A DNA stretch of 64,000 nt from Escherichia phage vB_EcoM-G28. The notes below the pieces were generated by a model. That model was not told the origin of the DNA and made no database searches. It worked only from the letters and a program-made list of their open reading frames with translations. This document shows positions 50,259 to 60,059 of this stretch, piece by piece (the stretch's first letter is position 1; the number at the start of each line of letters is the position of its first letter). The stretch is taken from the sequence record NC_054916.1; one strand, written 5' to 3'. Made by a program: the position numbers and the translations under genes.

Positions 50259-51265
50259 TAGTTTAGTGCATTTAGTGCGTTGTTCAATTTAGAACGTTGC
50301 TTCATGAGATTTTTTACTTTTTCTTGAGCTTTTTCTAGCATCTTTTCAGCTTCTAACACTTCATTAGTTGCTTTAACGAGTTCATCATCTACTGCCTTGA
50401 TAGACTTCTCAATCGCATCCGCGTGCCATTTTTCAACAGGTTTAAGACTCGGATTTTCAACAGGAAGAAAATTCACTTTATTGAATTTCCATGCATCATT
50501 ATTACCTGAACTATACATCCAAAATTTAGGATCGTTTGATGAGTAATTAGTTTGGGGTTCAGGTTTTTTCTCTTGTGTAACTTCGTCCTTTCTCAAAAAA
50601 TCATATTTAAATGAAACGATCATATCAAGTTCATATGTTGTCGTATCTAATTTAAATCGTTCGAAATGCTGCGAAATCTTAGATTGAACAGCAGCAACAA
50701 CATCCATATACTTAAATGCTTCTGTCAGCTGTGATTTAAGACATTCACAAATTGAAAGAGAATTTTTTGTATTAGGTTTAAATCTAATTCGTGCAGTTCT
50801 ATTATTTTCTTTTAATGGTCTTACTTCCATCTGAAGAGTATAACCATCAAATTTCAGATTCTTTAAGTTAATATCAGAACCTTTTAATCGACTAGCAGTA
50901 GACAAAATTTGCTTTAATTGTTTACGGAATAAAGCAATAAATCTCCATTCAAGACGATAATGATTTGGATTAAAAAATCCAGTTGATAGATCAGTCTTAC
51001 TTTGACCAACGCCTCGAACAAATAGAGGATTTTTATAATCAATAGTTTTACAGAAATCAACGAGCTGTTCGCGAGCAGTCATTTGTGTAATATATCCTGC
51101 TTCATTAAAATTACGCACCCATTCACTGCTGTTCAGATGTTTAAAGGCGTGAATGGAACAATTAACTTTACCAAGGTCTAAATTATTTTCGCACAAAAAT
51201 GTCATAGCATCACGAGTATAGCTGGCATTACGAACCATATCTTCAATTTGAGAACGAGTTTTCAT
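50258..51265 (-). CDS. hypothetical protein with C-terminal coiled coil (nrdC.5 position)
   Basis: 335-aa ORF. Confidence 0.5.
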   Translation of the reverse strand: MKTRSQIEDMVRNASYTRDAMTFLCENNLDLGKVNCSIHAFKHLNSSEWVRNFNEAGYITQMTAREQLVDFCKTIDYKNPLFVRGVGQSKTDLSTGFFNPNHYRLEWRFIALFRKQLKQILSTASRLKGSDINLKNLKFDGYTLQMEVRPLKENNRTARIRFKPNTKNSLSICECLKSQLTEAFKYMDVVAAVQSKISQHFERFKLDTTTYELDMIVSFKYDFLRKDEVTQEKKPEPQTNYSSNDPKFWMYSSGNNDAWKFNKVNFLPVENPSLKPVEKWHADAIEKSIKAVDDELVKATNEVLEAEKMLEKAQEKVKNLMKQRSKLNNALNALN

Positions 51266-51273
51266 GGTATTCC

Positions 51274-52182
51274 TTAAGATTTAAGTAAATCAACAATTTT
51301 AATTAATTTTTCACGTTCAGATTTAGCTTTACTACTCAATCCAGATAGTCTGAAAATTTCATCGTCATATTGTTGAATAGAAATATTCAGCTCTTCAATT
51401 TGCTTATTAAAATAATCAATTTGTTCAGAATGTTTTTCGTTACTACGAACTGGTACAGGTTTTGTAGGCAATTTAGTTAAACTGGATTCATCCGGGCGAT
51501 AAATTAAAATACAACTTGAACCAATCGGGCATTTAGCACCAGATGAATATTCTAACGTTCCAGCTTCTTTTAAAACTTCAAAAGCTAAACAGAGATGATG
51601 CCCCATATTAACATAATCTGTAGAGCGAGCTCTGACGTAATAATCATCGCCGCGAATACTAAATTTAAAGCATTTAAGGTCTTCTGTATTATTGGTCTTA
51701 AAAATCATTTGTTTATCTAGACCTTTAGCTAATCGAGCGCCTAATGCTAATAATCGTCGTTGATTTTCCCACAAATCCGCAATCATTTGATCGAATGATA
51801 ATTTCGGCATTAGTCGACCATAAAGGTCATATCCTTTATTATAATTGCGAAGGATTTCACTCGCGTTAATACGAGACAACGCTCCAATTTTATTAAGGGC
51901 TTTCATGATGCGATTAGATAAACCCATTCCAGACCCGTTTGTTCGTTGTAAATGTTTATCTAATCCAAACCCAATATCAACTTTAAATTTATCTAAAATT
52001 TCAGCATGAACATCTCTGTCAATAACATTCAAATCCAAAGTTGGGTTAAATCTATGAAAAAATTTATCTGGCTCTCCACGACGAAGTATAGTCCATTCAT
52101 TCAATTTTTTATTAACTAAAGATTTAATTACTGCATTGACATTATTAATTACTACTGACATATTTTCCTCACTCAATTTCAA
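51274..52182 (-). CDS. hypothetical protein with C-terminal coiled coil (nrdC.6 position)
   Basis: 302-aa ORF. Confidence 0.5.
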   Translation of the reverse strand: MKLSEENMSVVINNVNAVIKSLVNKKLNEWTILRRGEPDKFFHRFNPTLDLNVIDRDVHAEILDKFKVDIGFGLDKHLQRTNGSGMGLSNRIMKALNKIGALSRINASEILRNYNKGYDLYGRLMPKLSFDQMIADLWENQRRLLALGARLAKGLDKQMIFKTNNTEDLKCFKFSIRGDDYYVRARSTDYVNMGHHLCLAFEVLKEAGTLEYSSGAKCPIGSSCILIYRPDESSLTKLPTKPVPVRSNEKHSEQIDYFNKQIEELNISIQQYDDEIFRLSGLSSKAKSEREKLIKIVDLLKS

Positions 52183-52576
52183 TTTTACTAAATATACAGA
52201 ATAAGATGGAACAGACTATATAAGCACCACACACAGATTGAACTAATACCATTCCAAAGAACCAAACAATATTATCAAACAATGTCTGTTTTACGTCGAA
52301 AGGACGTAAACTTACAGTAATATTATCGCCTTTTTCTATTGATGAATACATCTCTGGTGAAATATATTCGCTAAATCTATAACCGTCTTTGAGTTCATAT
52401 ACGGCAATAAACGATAAACTAGACCCCTTTCCTTGAGTTACTGTAAGGGTATTAACTACAGTAACATCATAATCTTTATAATACATATAATCATTAATTG
52501 CGTAATAACCATATGCAATTACTATACATAAACAACATATCAATAAATTCAATCTTTTAATTATCAACTGTTTCAT
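52169..52576 (-). CDS. hypothetical membrane protein (nrdC.7 position)
   Basis: 135-aa ORF with N- and C-terminal hydrophobic helices. Confidence 0.45.
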   Translation of the reverse strand: MKQLIIKRLNLLICCLCIVIAYGYYAINDYMYYKDYDVTVVNTLTVTQGKGSSLSFIAVYELKDGYRFSEYISPEMYSSIEKGDNITVSLRPFDVKQTLFDNIVWFFGMVLVQSVCGAYIVCSILFCIFSKIEIE

Positions 52577-52631
52577 AATAATCTCAATTAAAAGGGCTTA
52601 GAACCATTATACCATCCTTGGTATAAAGCGG

Positions 52632-53159
52632 TTATGCGAGTACCGTCTTTAACCGTTCTTCAAACTTCCGAAGAGTATTTTGGCGTTCAGCTCTTTGCTT
52701 TTTGTAAGTTTCAATACGCTCTGAAATGAGAGAGTATCGTTCATTTACTGATTCTTTCATAAAATCAGGAATTTCACGAGAAGCTTTAATCTCGTCAAAT
52801 TTATCAATAACAGCTTGCTCTTCAGCAATTAAGTTATCATACATCAAAATATCTTTCTTGATGAACTCAATATCTTCTTGAGTTACACGAGATAATTTAG
52901 ATGCTTTATCCTTTTTGTACTGTTCGTTAGTATCACGAGACCAGTGTAATGTACGATTTTTATTCGTATTCTTGTAAATTTCTACAATACCAATCTCATC
53001 GATAATAACGATCCAATTCCAACGGGATTTGTAAATTTGTCCTCCATCAACCGTGATTTCACCTCCGATTGAGATGTCATTAAAGAACTTGCTTTGTGCT
53101 TCAGATTTAAATTTACCATCGTTGTAATTTACCAGGTTGAAAATATCTTTAGCGTTCAT
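52632..53159 (-). CDS. hypothetical protein with C-terminal coiled coil (nrdC.8 position)
   Basis: 175-aa ORF; ATG at 53157-53159 after promoter/leader cassette. Confidence 0.5.
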   Translation of the reverse strand: MNAKDIFNLVNYNDGKFKSEAQSKFFNDISIGGEITVDGGQIYKSRWNWIVIIDEIGIVEIYKNTNKNRTLHWSRDTNEQYKKDKASKLSRVTQEDIEFIKKDILMYDNLIAEEQAVIDKFDEIKASREIPDFMKESVNERYSLISERIETYKKQRAERQNTLRKFEERLKTVLA

Positions 53160-53187
53160 TTTCTGTTCCTCCGTAGTTGATAGTTGT

Positions 53188-53217
53188 ATAGTACCACAGA
53201 GGAACAGTCTTGTAAAC
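53188..53217 (-). promoter_or_regulatory. early promoter GTTTAC-N18-TACTAT
   Basis: plus-strand atagta 53188-53193 and gtaaac 53212-53217. Confidence 0.6.
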
Positions 53218-53219
53218 CA

Positions 53220-53522
53220 CTAAAAGAAACTTCTTTCACAATTTTTTCCACTGAACCATGCGCTCACTGCTTTCTTAGTCTCAGGAGCAGTGTTATCCAT
53301 AAACCATTCAAAGGAAGCCTTTTTATGATTCTGGAGGGCTTCTCGGGCTTTAATCTGCTCACGGTCTATTAACACTAACATATGAGCCTTTCTTGTCACC
53401 ATGGGCTTCTTATGATTTTTTGAATATTCCCAATCATTTGTCCATCGCATCGTTGTTGCGAATTGAAGTACAGCTTCTTTAATTTTAGTTTCGTAAATTT
53501 CACGAGCCTTTGAGTATAACAT
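53220..53522 (-). CDS. hypothetical protein (nrdC.9 position)
   Basis: 100 aa from ATG at 53520-53522 (GGAGG RBS). Confidence 0.45.
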   Translation of the reverse strand: MLYSKAREIYETKIKEAVLQFATTMRWTNDWEYSKNHKKPMVTRKAHMLVLIDREQIKAREALQNHKKASFEWFMDNTAPETKKAVSAWFSGKNCERSFF

Positions 53523-53623
53523 CACTACCTCCATTTATCAGTTTAATTCTAGTCATCTTTTTAATGGCAGTCCATATAATCTATTTCTGAACTGCCTTTT
53601 TGTCATAGAAGTCCTCTTATGAA

Positions 53624-54592
53624 TTATTTCAGAAGAGTAACCTCAGCGATTTCTTCCCAACCGTTTTTGTCGGTCATAATAAAGTCAGCAAGATAAAGTG
53701 CAGTACGCAGTGAAACATTGCGTAAACGATTAACATTGACTTTCATCCATGATAATGCTTTATAAGTTTCTTCATCAGAAAGACCGCGCTTTTGCATCAT
53801 GTCAGTTGAAAGAATAACATCTTCAACCCTGACCATAATTTCTTCATTAGTGTGAACACCCAAATCTAAATAAACTGAGCGGGACACTAATGCTTGTAAA
53901 TGTGGAGCAAGTTTAGTACCACGGTCTAATTCGCGGTCAATGTCAACGTTTGTGATAAAAACAATCGTTCCTTTAAATTCAAACTCACGCTCAATGCCTT
54001 TTTCTTCTAAGTAAGAAGATGCAGTGCTCCAGCAGACTTTACGGGTCTCTCCAGTGTCCAGAGCAGCTTTCAGAAGATTAAGAATGTCCATATCAGAGAA
54101 AACATCCACATCATCAATCAAAAGGACAGAATTCTCTTCACGATTATTCCAAAGCTGTTCATAAAGACCGATACCAGAGATTTTACCATTAATGCTTTTA
54201 TATTCAATGTATCCAATATCATTTGCTTTATTTAAAGCTTTATCCAAAGAATACGTTTTACCAATACCTGCTGCTCCCGAGATAATTAATGAACGAATGT
54301 TTCCGTTAATAATACCATTCGTCATCATTCCCATAACATTAAATCTTTTATTAATGCGGGTTTTCATATCTTCATATGATTCTTTAACTTCTTCAACTTT
54401 TACACCATCATATGAAATGTCTGATTTGTAAACCCAAACACCACGACGTTTACCATCAATTTCAACAAAAACTTTACCATCTCCTTGTGCATCTACCGGA
54501 GCATTATCTGGGAACCATTCACCTAAGAGCTCAAAAGTTCCAGAGATTTCTTTACCAAAGTAGATACCCTTATTGATAGTTACAGTTTTCAT
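53624..54592 (-). CDS. AAA+ family ATPase of unknown function (nrdC.10 position)
   Basis: 322 aa from ATG at 54590-54592; Walker A GAAGIGKT, Walker B VLLIDDVD, sensor-like FITNVD. Confidence 0.6.
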   Translation of the reverse strand: MKTVTINKGIYFGKEISGTFELLGEWFPDNAPVDAQGDGKVFVEIDGKRRGVWVYKSDISYDGVKVEEVKESYEDMKTRINKRFNVMGMMTNGIINGNIRSLIISGAAGIGKTYSLDKALNKANDIGYIEYKSINGKISGIGLYEQLWNNREENSVLLIDDVDVFSDMDILNLLKAALDTGETRKVCWSTASSYLEEKGIEREFEFKGTIVFITNVDIDRELDRGTKLAPHLQALVSRSVYLDLGVHTNEEIMVRVEDVILSTDMMQKRGLSDEETYKALSWMKVNVNRLRNVSLRTALYLADFIMTDKNGWEEIAEVTLLK

Positions 54593-54626
54593 TTTATTCT
54601 CCAAATCCGTATCAGTTGATAGTTGT

Positions 54627-54656
54627 ATAGTACCATAAAGCTTTATGCTTGTAAAC
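54627..54656 (-). promoter_or_regulatory. early promoter GTTTAC-N18-TACTAT with conserved leader
   Basis: plus-strand atagta 54627-54632 and gtaaac 54651-54656; leader nearly identical to that of the gene at 26116-26496. Confidence 0.6.
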
Positions 54657-54686
54657 CGTTTTGTGAAAAAATTTTGAAATAAAAAA

Positions 54687-54704
54687 GGGAGCCTTCAGGC
54701 TCCC
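54687..54704 (-). terminator. rho-independent terminator downstream of the NTase-like gene
   Basis: GGGAGCC-TTCA-GGCTCCC hairpin then TTTTTTATTTC on minus strand. Confidence 0.7.
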
Positions 54705-54706
54705 TA

Positions 54707-55717
54707 TCATTTATAATAACTTCGGTGGTTTTCAAGATAGACCTTCTCAAGGAAGTCATCCCAGAAACCCATGTCCACTTTTTGCTGCATACCGTTCTTA
54801 GAAGCTTCAGTAGATGCTGCTTCTACTTGATCGACCACATCTTCCAAAAACTCTTGAACTGTTTTAAATGGATGCTTACCCAACTTCACGTCGAGAATAA
54901 ATGGAGCATCTTGGAGTGGATAAACCAAGTCACCAGTTTTGTAAATTTCCAATAGTTGGAGTCCACCACGACAAGCATGACTCAGAGCTTTCCAGTCAAT
55001 GCCCTCATTCGCTTCAGCCTTACGAGCGCGTTCGCCGTATTCAGCATCAAGTTTATTCAAAGATTGCTTAAGCTCGATAAGAGAAAGCGTTGTTTGATAT
55101 TTACGACCCAACACAGTGTAGAACGTTTGTGGGCCTGTTTTCTCATGATTATGGAACACCCATTCACAGAATTCGTTTTCTGGAAGACGATGCTTAATAT
55201 CTTCAACTTTAGTACGACGCTGCTTAATGGAACCGTCTTCTTGATAATCAACCCACTGATCAGGGATTTGATTAACTACTTTCAATACATCACGTAATGC
55301 GGCCAAACGAGAACCCTTAACGCCGTATTTAGAAGCTTGCTTGCGAACATATCCTAAATAGGATTTCATGTTAGTCGTATAAAAACGAGAACGATTGTCT
55401 TGAATAAACTTCCATACATCAGGCAAATCAGATTTAACCACTAGTTCAGGCGGAGTGTGAAGCATATCCAATGCTACAGTTTCACCATCTGCTGCTAATT
55501 TAAAGAAATACTTAAGACTGTATAGTTCATGGTCAATATCATCTTTAGTGTTTTTAGATGATGTGTTGTTAGTGTTTTTACTCATATGCTCTTTAACATT
55601 TCCGATAAGAATATCACGAGCAGGAGGAACAAAGATTTCTTTAAAATCTACATCAGATTCTGGAGTAGAAGTTCCATAAAGATGACTACCAAAATAAGAC
55701 TTAACTACAGTTTTCAT
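54707..55717 (-). CDS. Pol-beta-superfamily nucleotidyltransferase-like protein (nrdC.11 position)
   Basis: ~336 aa from ATG at 55715-55717 (track ORF extends to 55753); FGSHLYGTSTPESDVDF (GS-x10-D-x-D) plus downstream VALDML acidic strand. Confidence 0.55.
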   Translation of the reverse strand: MKTVVKSYFGSHLYGTSTPESDVDFKEIFVPPARDILIGNVKEHMSKNTNNTSSKNTKDDIDHELYSLKYFFKLAADGETVALDMLHTPPELVVKSDLPDVWKFIQDNRSRFYTTNMKSYLGYVRKQASKYGVKGSRLAALRDVLKVVNQIPDQWVDYQEDGSIKQRRTKVEDIKHRLPENEFCEWVFHNHEKTGPQTFYTVLGRKYQTTLSLIELKQSLNKLDAEYGERARKAEANEGIDWKALSHACRGGLQLLEIYKTGDLVYPLQDAPFILDVKLGKHPFKTVQEFLEDVVDQVEAASTEASKNGMQQKVDMGFWDDFLEKVYLENHRSYYK

Positions 55718-56480
55718 TATTAGACCTTTCATAATCTTCATTAAATTGTACAATCAATCGATGATAATTAGATTTTGGATATCCTAATTTACTTATATAA
55801 GTTCCGAATGACCCACGTTTAGGTCTATTTAATTTAATCCATAACTTATAAAGTAAGTCATAGTCTTGCCAATGTTTACCAGTTCTTTGTCTAATTTTAG
55901 ATGAATTTGATTGTTTCTTTTTAGTTTCAAAATTATTCAAAGATTTTTTGACTGCAGCAGAGTGTTTTTCTTTAACTCCCGGTCGTTTAAAAGCAGCTTT
56001 CACCCCTTTAGATATTTTTTCTTTAACTTCCGGTTTGTTTTGTGCTTCTAACTGGGATTCTGAAATTTTAGCCCTTATTTCAGGAAGACTTAATGTTATC
56101 GAACGTTTTTCTCTGTATTCATTAGACTTCCACATTTCTTTCATTGTATTAGAATGTATTTTTGAAAATTTTTCTCTAACTAACTGATATCCTCTTGAAG
56201 TTAATTTGAGATTTCTTCCTAAAGAATCTTCTCCAAAATTATAAAATGACCACCATGCATAAATTAATCCAGGCGAATTATAATGAATTTTAGCTAAAAG
56301 CCAATGGGCTATAAAATGCTCTCTAGCTGTTAATAAAACTAGATTATCAGAATCATCATTACCACCAATACAAGATGGAATAATATGATGCTTTTCCGTA
56401 TAAAAATTTAATTTAGATTTATCTAATTTTCTGAGTTTTCCTTTCTTAATTAAATTATTATATACTTTAGTATAATTCAT
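55701..56480 (-). CDS. HNH homing endonuclease (MobD-like by position)
   Basis: 259 aa; HNH core EKHHIIPSCIGGNDDSDNLVLLTAREHFIAH; C-terminal similarity to HNH at 35197-36051. Confidence 0.7.
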   Translation of the reverse strand: MNYTKVYNNLIKKGKLRKLDKSKLNFYTEKHHIIPSCIGGNDDSDNLVLLTAREHFIAHWLLAKIHYNSPGLIYAWWSFYNFGEDSLGRNLKLTSRGYQLVREKFSKIHSNTMKEMWKSNEYREKRSITLSLPEIRAKISESQLEAQNKPEVKEKISKGVKAAFKRPGVKEKHSAAVKKSLNNFETKKKQSNSSKIRQRTGKHWQDYDLLYKLWIKLNRPKRGSFGTYISKLGYPKSNYHRLIVQFNEDYERSNNENCS

Positions 56481-56554
56481 TGGTTCTTCGTCTCATTTAA
56501 TTTTGCTTTGCATTTATAACACATGTCTGTTCCACTTGAAATAAACATATTTCC

Positions 56555-57088
56555 TCACTTCGAAATCATAGTTGGAATGACAGAATCAAGATAAGTCTTT
56601 AGCGCAATAGCTTCGTCTTTGGTAAATGTGACAATATGTGCTCGAGAATCATCATTTTGGCGAACAAGTACGACATCGCCATCTTCATAACATTTTGATA
56701 CATTTAAAAGAGTTTCATCATTCTGATTGCAAGCGTTAGTAATAATAGCATTGCAATTTTTGAGCCATTTTAAACTATGTTTTCTTTCATTAGAATAATA
56801 AAAATATTTAATCTTAGCTATAAAACTATCCCAATGGATAACTGATAAACACATTGACTCACTTTTAATATTAAATCCTGGGCATGAAGAATAAAAATGA
56901 ATTTTGTGCTCATCATTGATGCTTACTATTTTATCAGTATAAGGATATTCAATTTGGGTTAAATGAATGATTTCACTAGGCGTAAAATATAGCATATCGT
57001 CTTCTTGCGTCAAACGATACATGTTATTTACTTTTTCTATAGCCAATTCACCAAAAAGCGGACTAACTTCTAATACTAATCGTTTCAT
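56555..57088 (-). CDS. hypothetical protein
   Basis: 177-aa ORF. Confidence 0.45.
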   Translation of the reverse strand: MKRLVLEVSPLFGELAIEKVNNMYRLTQEDDMLYFTPSEIIHLTQIEYPYTDKIVSINDEHKIHFYSSCPGFNIKSESMCLSVIHWDSFIAKIKYFYYSNERKHSLKWLKNCNAIITNACNQNDETLLNVSKCYEDGDVVLVRQNDDSRAHIVTFTKDEAIALKTYLDSVIPTMISK

Positions 57089-57089
57089 A

Positions 57090-57368
57090 TTAATCCTTTT
57101 TATTGGAACGAATTTGTTCTAAAATTTTAGAGTATTCCTTTGTATCAGATTTACGTACAATCGATACGCTATAAGGCATACTATCAGTGTCTTTTATAAA
57201 TCGTTCCAAATGACACTCTAACAAAATTTCTGGATTATAAATCGTGTACATCAAATTACCTGTTGCTCCACGATATTGACAGATTTCTACTGATTGAGCA
57301 TCATTCCACAATTTTGTTAAAACTAAATCACCTACTTCTAATTTAGGAAAGCCCATGTTATTCACCAA
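57090..57368 (-). CDS. hypothetical protein
   Basis: 92-aa ORF. Confidence 0.45.
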   Translation of the reverse strand: MVNNMGFPKLEVGDLVLTKLWNDAQSVEICQYRGATGNLMYTIYNPEILLECHLERFIKDTDSMPYSVSIVRKSDTKEYSKILEQIRSNKKD

Positions 57369-57543
57369 TTAAAGTTTCAATATAAAAATCAAGATTTACT
57401 TTAGCTTCTTCCATAAGAGTTTTGTATTTAATCTTGTTGGCATGTCCGGAGAAAGCTGATTCATCAATAATTGTTGATGTATGAACAGCTTTACTATACG
57501 TCTCAATTAATTCTCTTAATTTAAAAGCCTGCTCACTTGTCAT
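57358..57543 (-). CDS. hypothetical protein
   Basis: 61-aa ORF, ATG at 57541-57543, downstream of promoter 57676-57705. Confidence 0.4.
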   Translation of the reverse strand: MTSEQAFKLRELIETYSKAVHTSTIIDESAFSGHANKIKYKTLMEEAKVNLDFYIETLIGE

Positions 57544-57675
57544 TACATACTCCTCTGAATCATATCAATAATGTTGTTCACCAGATTATAAGTAAACATT
57601 GGGTAATTATATTGAATCATCACATACACAACAAACAAAACTTTCATTCTCTTCTCCTTGATAGTTGACAAGATT

Positions 57676-57705
57676 ACTATATCATAACCTTGCCAACTTG
57701 TAAAC
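57676..57705 (-). promoter_or_regulatory. early promoter GTTTAC-N18-TATAGT
   Basis: plus-strand actata 57676-57681 and gtaaac 57700-57705. Confidence 0.55.
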
Positions 57706-57707
57706 CA

Positions 57708-57881
57708 TTAAATGACGTTTTCGATAAAATTCTGAAGCTTTGTGTGAGCATCAACCATGATTTTCATTTCTTCTTTAGCGAAAGCTGTGCCTCTTTCCCG
57801 AGAAGAACATTCATAGTCAGAAACTGCATTAGCATATTCTTCAATTAGCTTCATTAAAAACATCTGCTTTTCAGTTTTCAT
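57708..57881 (-). CDS. hypothetical small protein (57 aa; not in ORF track)
   Basis: ATG at 57879-57881 with AGGTGG RBS; overlaps upstream stop. Confidence 0.35.
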   Translation of the reverse strand: MKTEKQMFLMKLIEEYANAVSDYECSSRERGTAFAKEEMKIMVDAHTKLQNFIENVI

Positions 57882-58065
57882 TATTCCACCTAATCATTTC
57901 AAGATATTGAACTAATTTAGCTTTAGATTTATCCAAATCCTTTTTAGCTGCTTCTATACCGTCGTATGAATATCCTTCACAATGCTCAACTGCTAATTGA
58001 TATGAATCTATTTCAATATCATGCGCTAATTTAATGATTTTTTCAAACTGTTCACGTGTTAGCAT
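57871..58065 (-). CDS. hypothetical protein
   Basis: 64-aa ORF. Confidence 0.4.
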   Translation of the reverse strand: MLTREQFEKIIKLAHDIEIDSYQLAVEHCEGYSYDGIEAAKKDLDKSKAKLVQYLEMIRWNNEN

Positions 58066-58067
58066 AC

Positions 58068-58250
58068 TTAAACTCTCGTATTATGATCGATAATTTCATC
58101 AAGAAACATATCTAACGCTTCTAAAGCATTATCAACTTTAGCTTCAAATTCTTCAATACCTGATAAGGCAAAGTTAATGCGTTCCTCATCTGCTTTACGA
58201 ATTAAAGCTACCAATTCCTTAATTTTATCCGCTTGTTCGATACTAATCAT
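58068..58250 (-). CDS. hypothetical protein
   Basis: 60 aa from ATG at 58248-58250. Confidence 0.4.
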   Translation of the reverse strand: MISIEQADKIKELVALIRKADEERINFALSGIEEFEAKVDNALEALDMFLDEIIDHNTRV

Positions 58251-58438
58251 TATTCCACCACATATGAAAGAGAGAATATTGCACACGCCATGTGAGTTGC
58301 AACTTCATCACACATATTATAACGTTTCTTGAGAAGTTCTACAAGTTCTTCACTAGTAACTTCATCCATGTCGACGAAAAAATCACCATTAATGATGACG
58401 TAGATATTTCCTTCTTGATTAAGTGCTTCAATTTTCAT
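58250..58438 (-). CDS. hypothetical protein
   Basis: 62 aa from ATG at 58436-58438 with AGAGGAG RBS, first gene after promoter 58467-58496. Confidence 0.45.
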
Positions 58439-58466
58439 GATGTTCTCCTCTTTATCTGATAGTTGT

Positions 58467-58496
58467 ATAGTACCATAACTCAAACGGAAAGTAAAC
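58467..58496 (-). promoter_or_regulatory. early promoter GTTTAC-N18-TACTAT
   Basis: plus-strand atagta 58467-58472 and gtaaac 58491-58496. Confidence 0.6.
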
Positions 58497-58511
58497 CGGT
58501 AAAATGAAAAA

Positions 58512-58529
58512 AGTCTCCCGAAGGAGACT
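58512..58529 (-). terminator. rho-independent terminator
   Basis: AGTCTCC-CGAA-GGAGACT hairpin then TTTTTTCATTTT on minus strand. Confidence 0.7.
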
Positions 58530-58533
58530 AATG

Positions 58534-58920
58534 TTATTCAAGGGAAAGAAGATACTTACTCTGGTAAAACATTCCAGTAATATCATCTATCGTGCTTTGG
58601 ATGGCTGGAGGCATTTCTTTATAAATGCTGTTAGATTGGTCTAGTATGCGATCAATCATTTTAATTGTGTCGGTAGGAAGTTTACTGGCATCTGGAATTG
58701 AAGGTGTGTATTTTCTACCAGAATACCCCAAATATTGCTCACCAAATTTATCAATTAAATCTGGCAACTCGGAGAAAATAAAATCGTATGCTTTGTGTCT
58801 AGCATAACTTTTAGTTTCAAAATGTGCAGAATGAAAATAAGCTTGTGCAGCCATTAATAAACCTAAGTATTCATCTGCCTTTGAAGGTTTTCCACTTTGT
58901 GAAAAGTCGCTGAATTTCAT
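58534..58920 (-). CDS. hypothetical protein (rI.-1 position)
   Basis: 128-aa ORF. Confidence 0.45.
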
Positions 58921-59210
58921 TCAGTCTCCAATTTAATGTTCATAATTCTAGCGTATGATTGTGCCATCTCCGCGCCTCGTTCTATACATTCAAAATCAGA
59001 AGAGCACAGGTCATTTTTATAGGTCGTTCTCATAAAACTATAGAATTGTTCAGACGATTCTACGCTTTTATTTTCAAAAAGCATATAAACGTGCCTAATA
59101 CCAGATTCCATAAATTTATCAAAATGAGGATCGACATTCGCTTCAATCGATGGAGATAAAACAAATGACAATCCTAGCATGGCAAATAGTGCCGTTGCTT
59201 TTAAGGCCAT
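58917..59210 (-). CDS. rI: RI-like lysis-inhibition regulator (signal-anchored periplasmic protein)
   Basis: 97-aa ORF with N-terminal hydrophobic anchor MALKATALFAMLGLSFVLSPSIEA; size/position next to tk. Confidence 0.6.
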   Translation of the reverse strand: MALKATALFAMLGLSFVLSPSIEANVDPHFDKFMESGIRHVYMLFENKSVESSEQFYSFMRTTYKNDLCSSDFECIERGAEMAQSYARIMNIKLETE

Positions 59211-59222
59211 AAATGCCTCCTA

Positions 59223-59435
59223 TCATTTTTGTCCTGTATTTACTTTATGCCGATGCACGGCCTTAACTTTATCAAGGTATTTTTCAAAATTTCGCAATCT
59301 AGTATAGTCTGCCGGAGATTGGTTGAGTGATACTTCTCGACGCAAAGCTGAAATGATATTTCCAACTTCCCTACGAATTTCATCTAATTGAAGCACAGTA
59401 AGATTGCGAAGTTGCTTTTCAGTTAATTGTAGCAT
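59223..59435 (-). CDS. hypothetical protein
   Basis: 70-aa ORF. Confidence 0.4.
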
Positions 59436-59477
59436 ATATACCCCTTTAGTTAGATAAACCTATTTATAACTTTTGCA

Positions 59478-60059
59478 CTAACCGAGCTTTTTAGTTAATT
59501 CATTCCAATGTTTTCTGCACAAAGAAACATAAATTTCATCACCAATACAGATTTGATTACCTTCTTTAACTGGTGTTCCATCTTCCATTAATCGAGCTGT
59601 CATAATCGCTTTTTTACCACAATGACAAACTGCCTTTAGTTCAATAAGTTTATCTGCAATCGCTAAAAGTTCTTTAGAACCTTCAAACAATTTTCCAGCG
59701 AAATCAGTCCTTAATCCATAAGCCATAACAGGAACATTATATGTATCAACAATTCGACTTAATTGATGCACCTGTTCAGTTTTTAAAAACTGAGCTTCAT
59801 CTACAAATACGCAATGAATATCTTTTTGTGCTTCAGCCCATTTATAGAACTCGAAAATATCCATATCATCTGTAATAATATTCGCTTCCTGCTTAATTCC
59901 AATGCGAGAAACGACTTCACAGACAGAATCGCGAGTATCAATAGCAGGCTTAAGAACTAATACACTCATTCCACGTTCTTTATAATTATGTGCAGCAGTC
60001 AAAAGAGAAGCAGATTTTCCAGCATTCATTGCTGCATAAGTAAAAATTAAACTCGCCAT
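59478..60059 (-). CDS. tk: thymidine kinase
   Basis: 193-aa ORF; P-loop AAMNAGKSASLL; C-terminal zinc-binding cysteines CHCGKKA...C-x-x-H. Confidence 0.9.
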   Translation of the reverse strand: MASLIFTYAAMNAGKSASLLTAAHNYKERGMSVLVLKPAIDTRDSVCEVVSRIGIKQEANIITDDMDIFEFYKWAEAQKDIHCVFVDEAQFLKTEQVHQLSRIVDTYNVPVMAYGLRTDFAGKLFEGSKELLAIADKLIELKAVCHCGKKAIMTARLMEDGTPVKEGNQICIGDEIYVSLCRKHWNELTKKLG

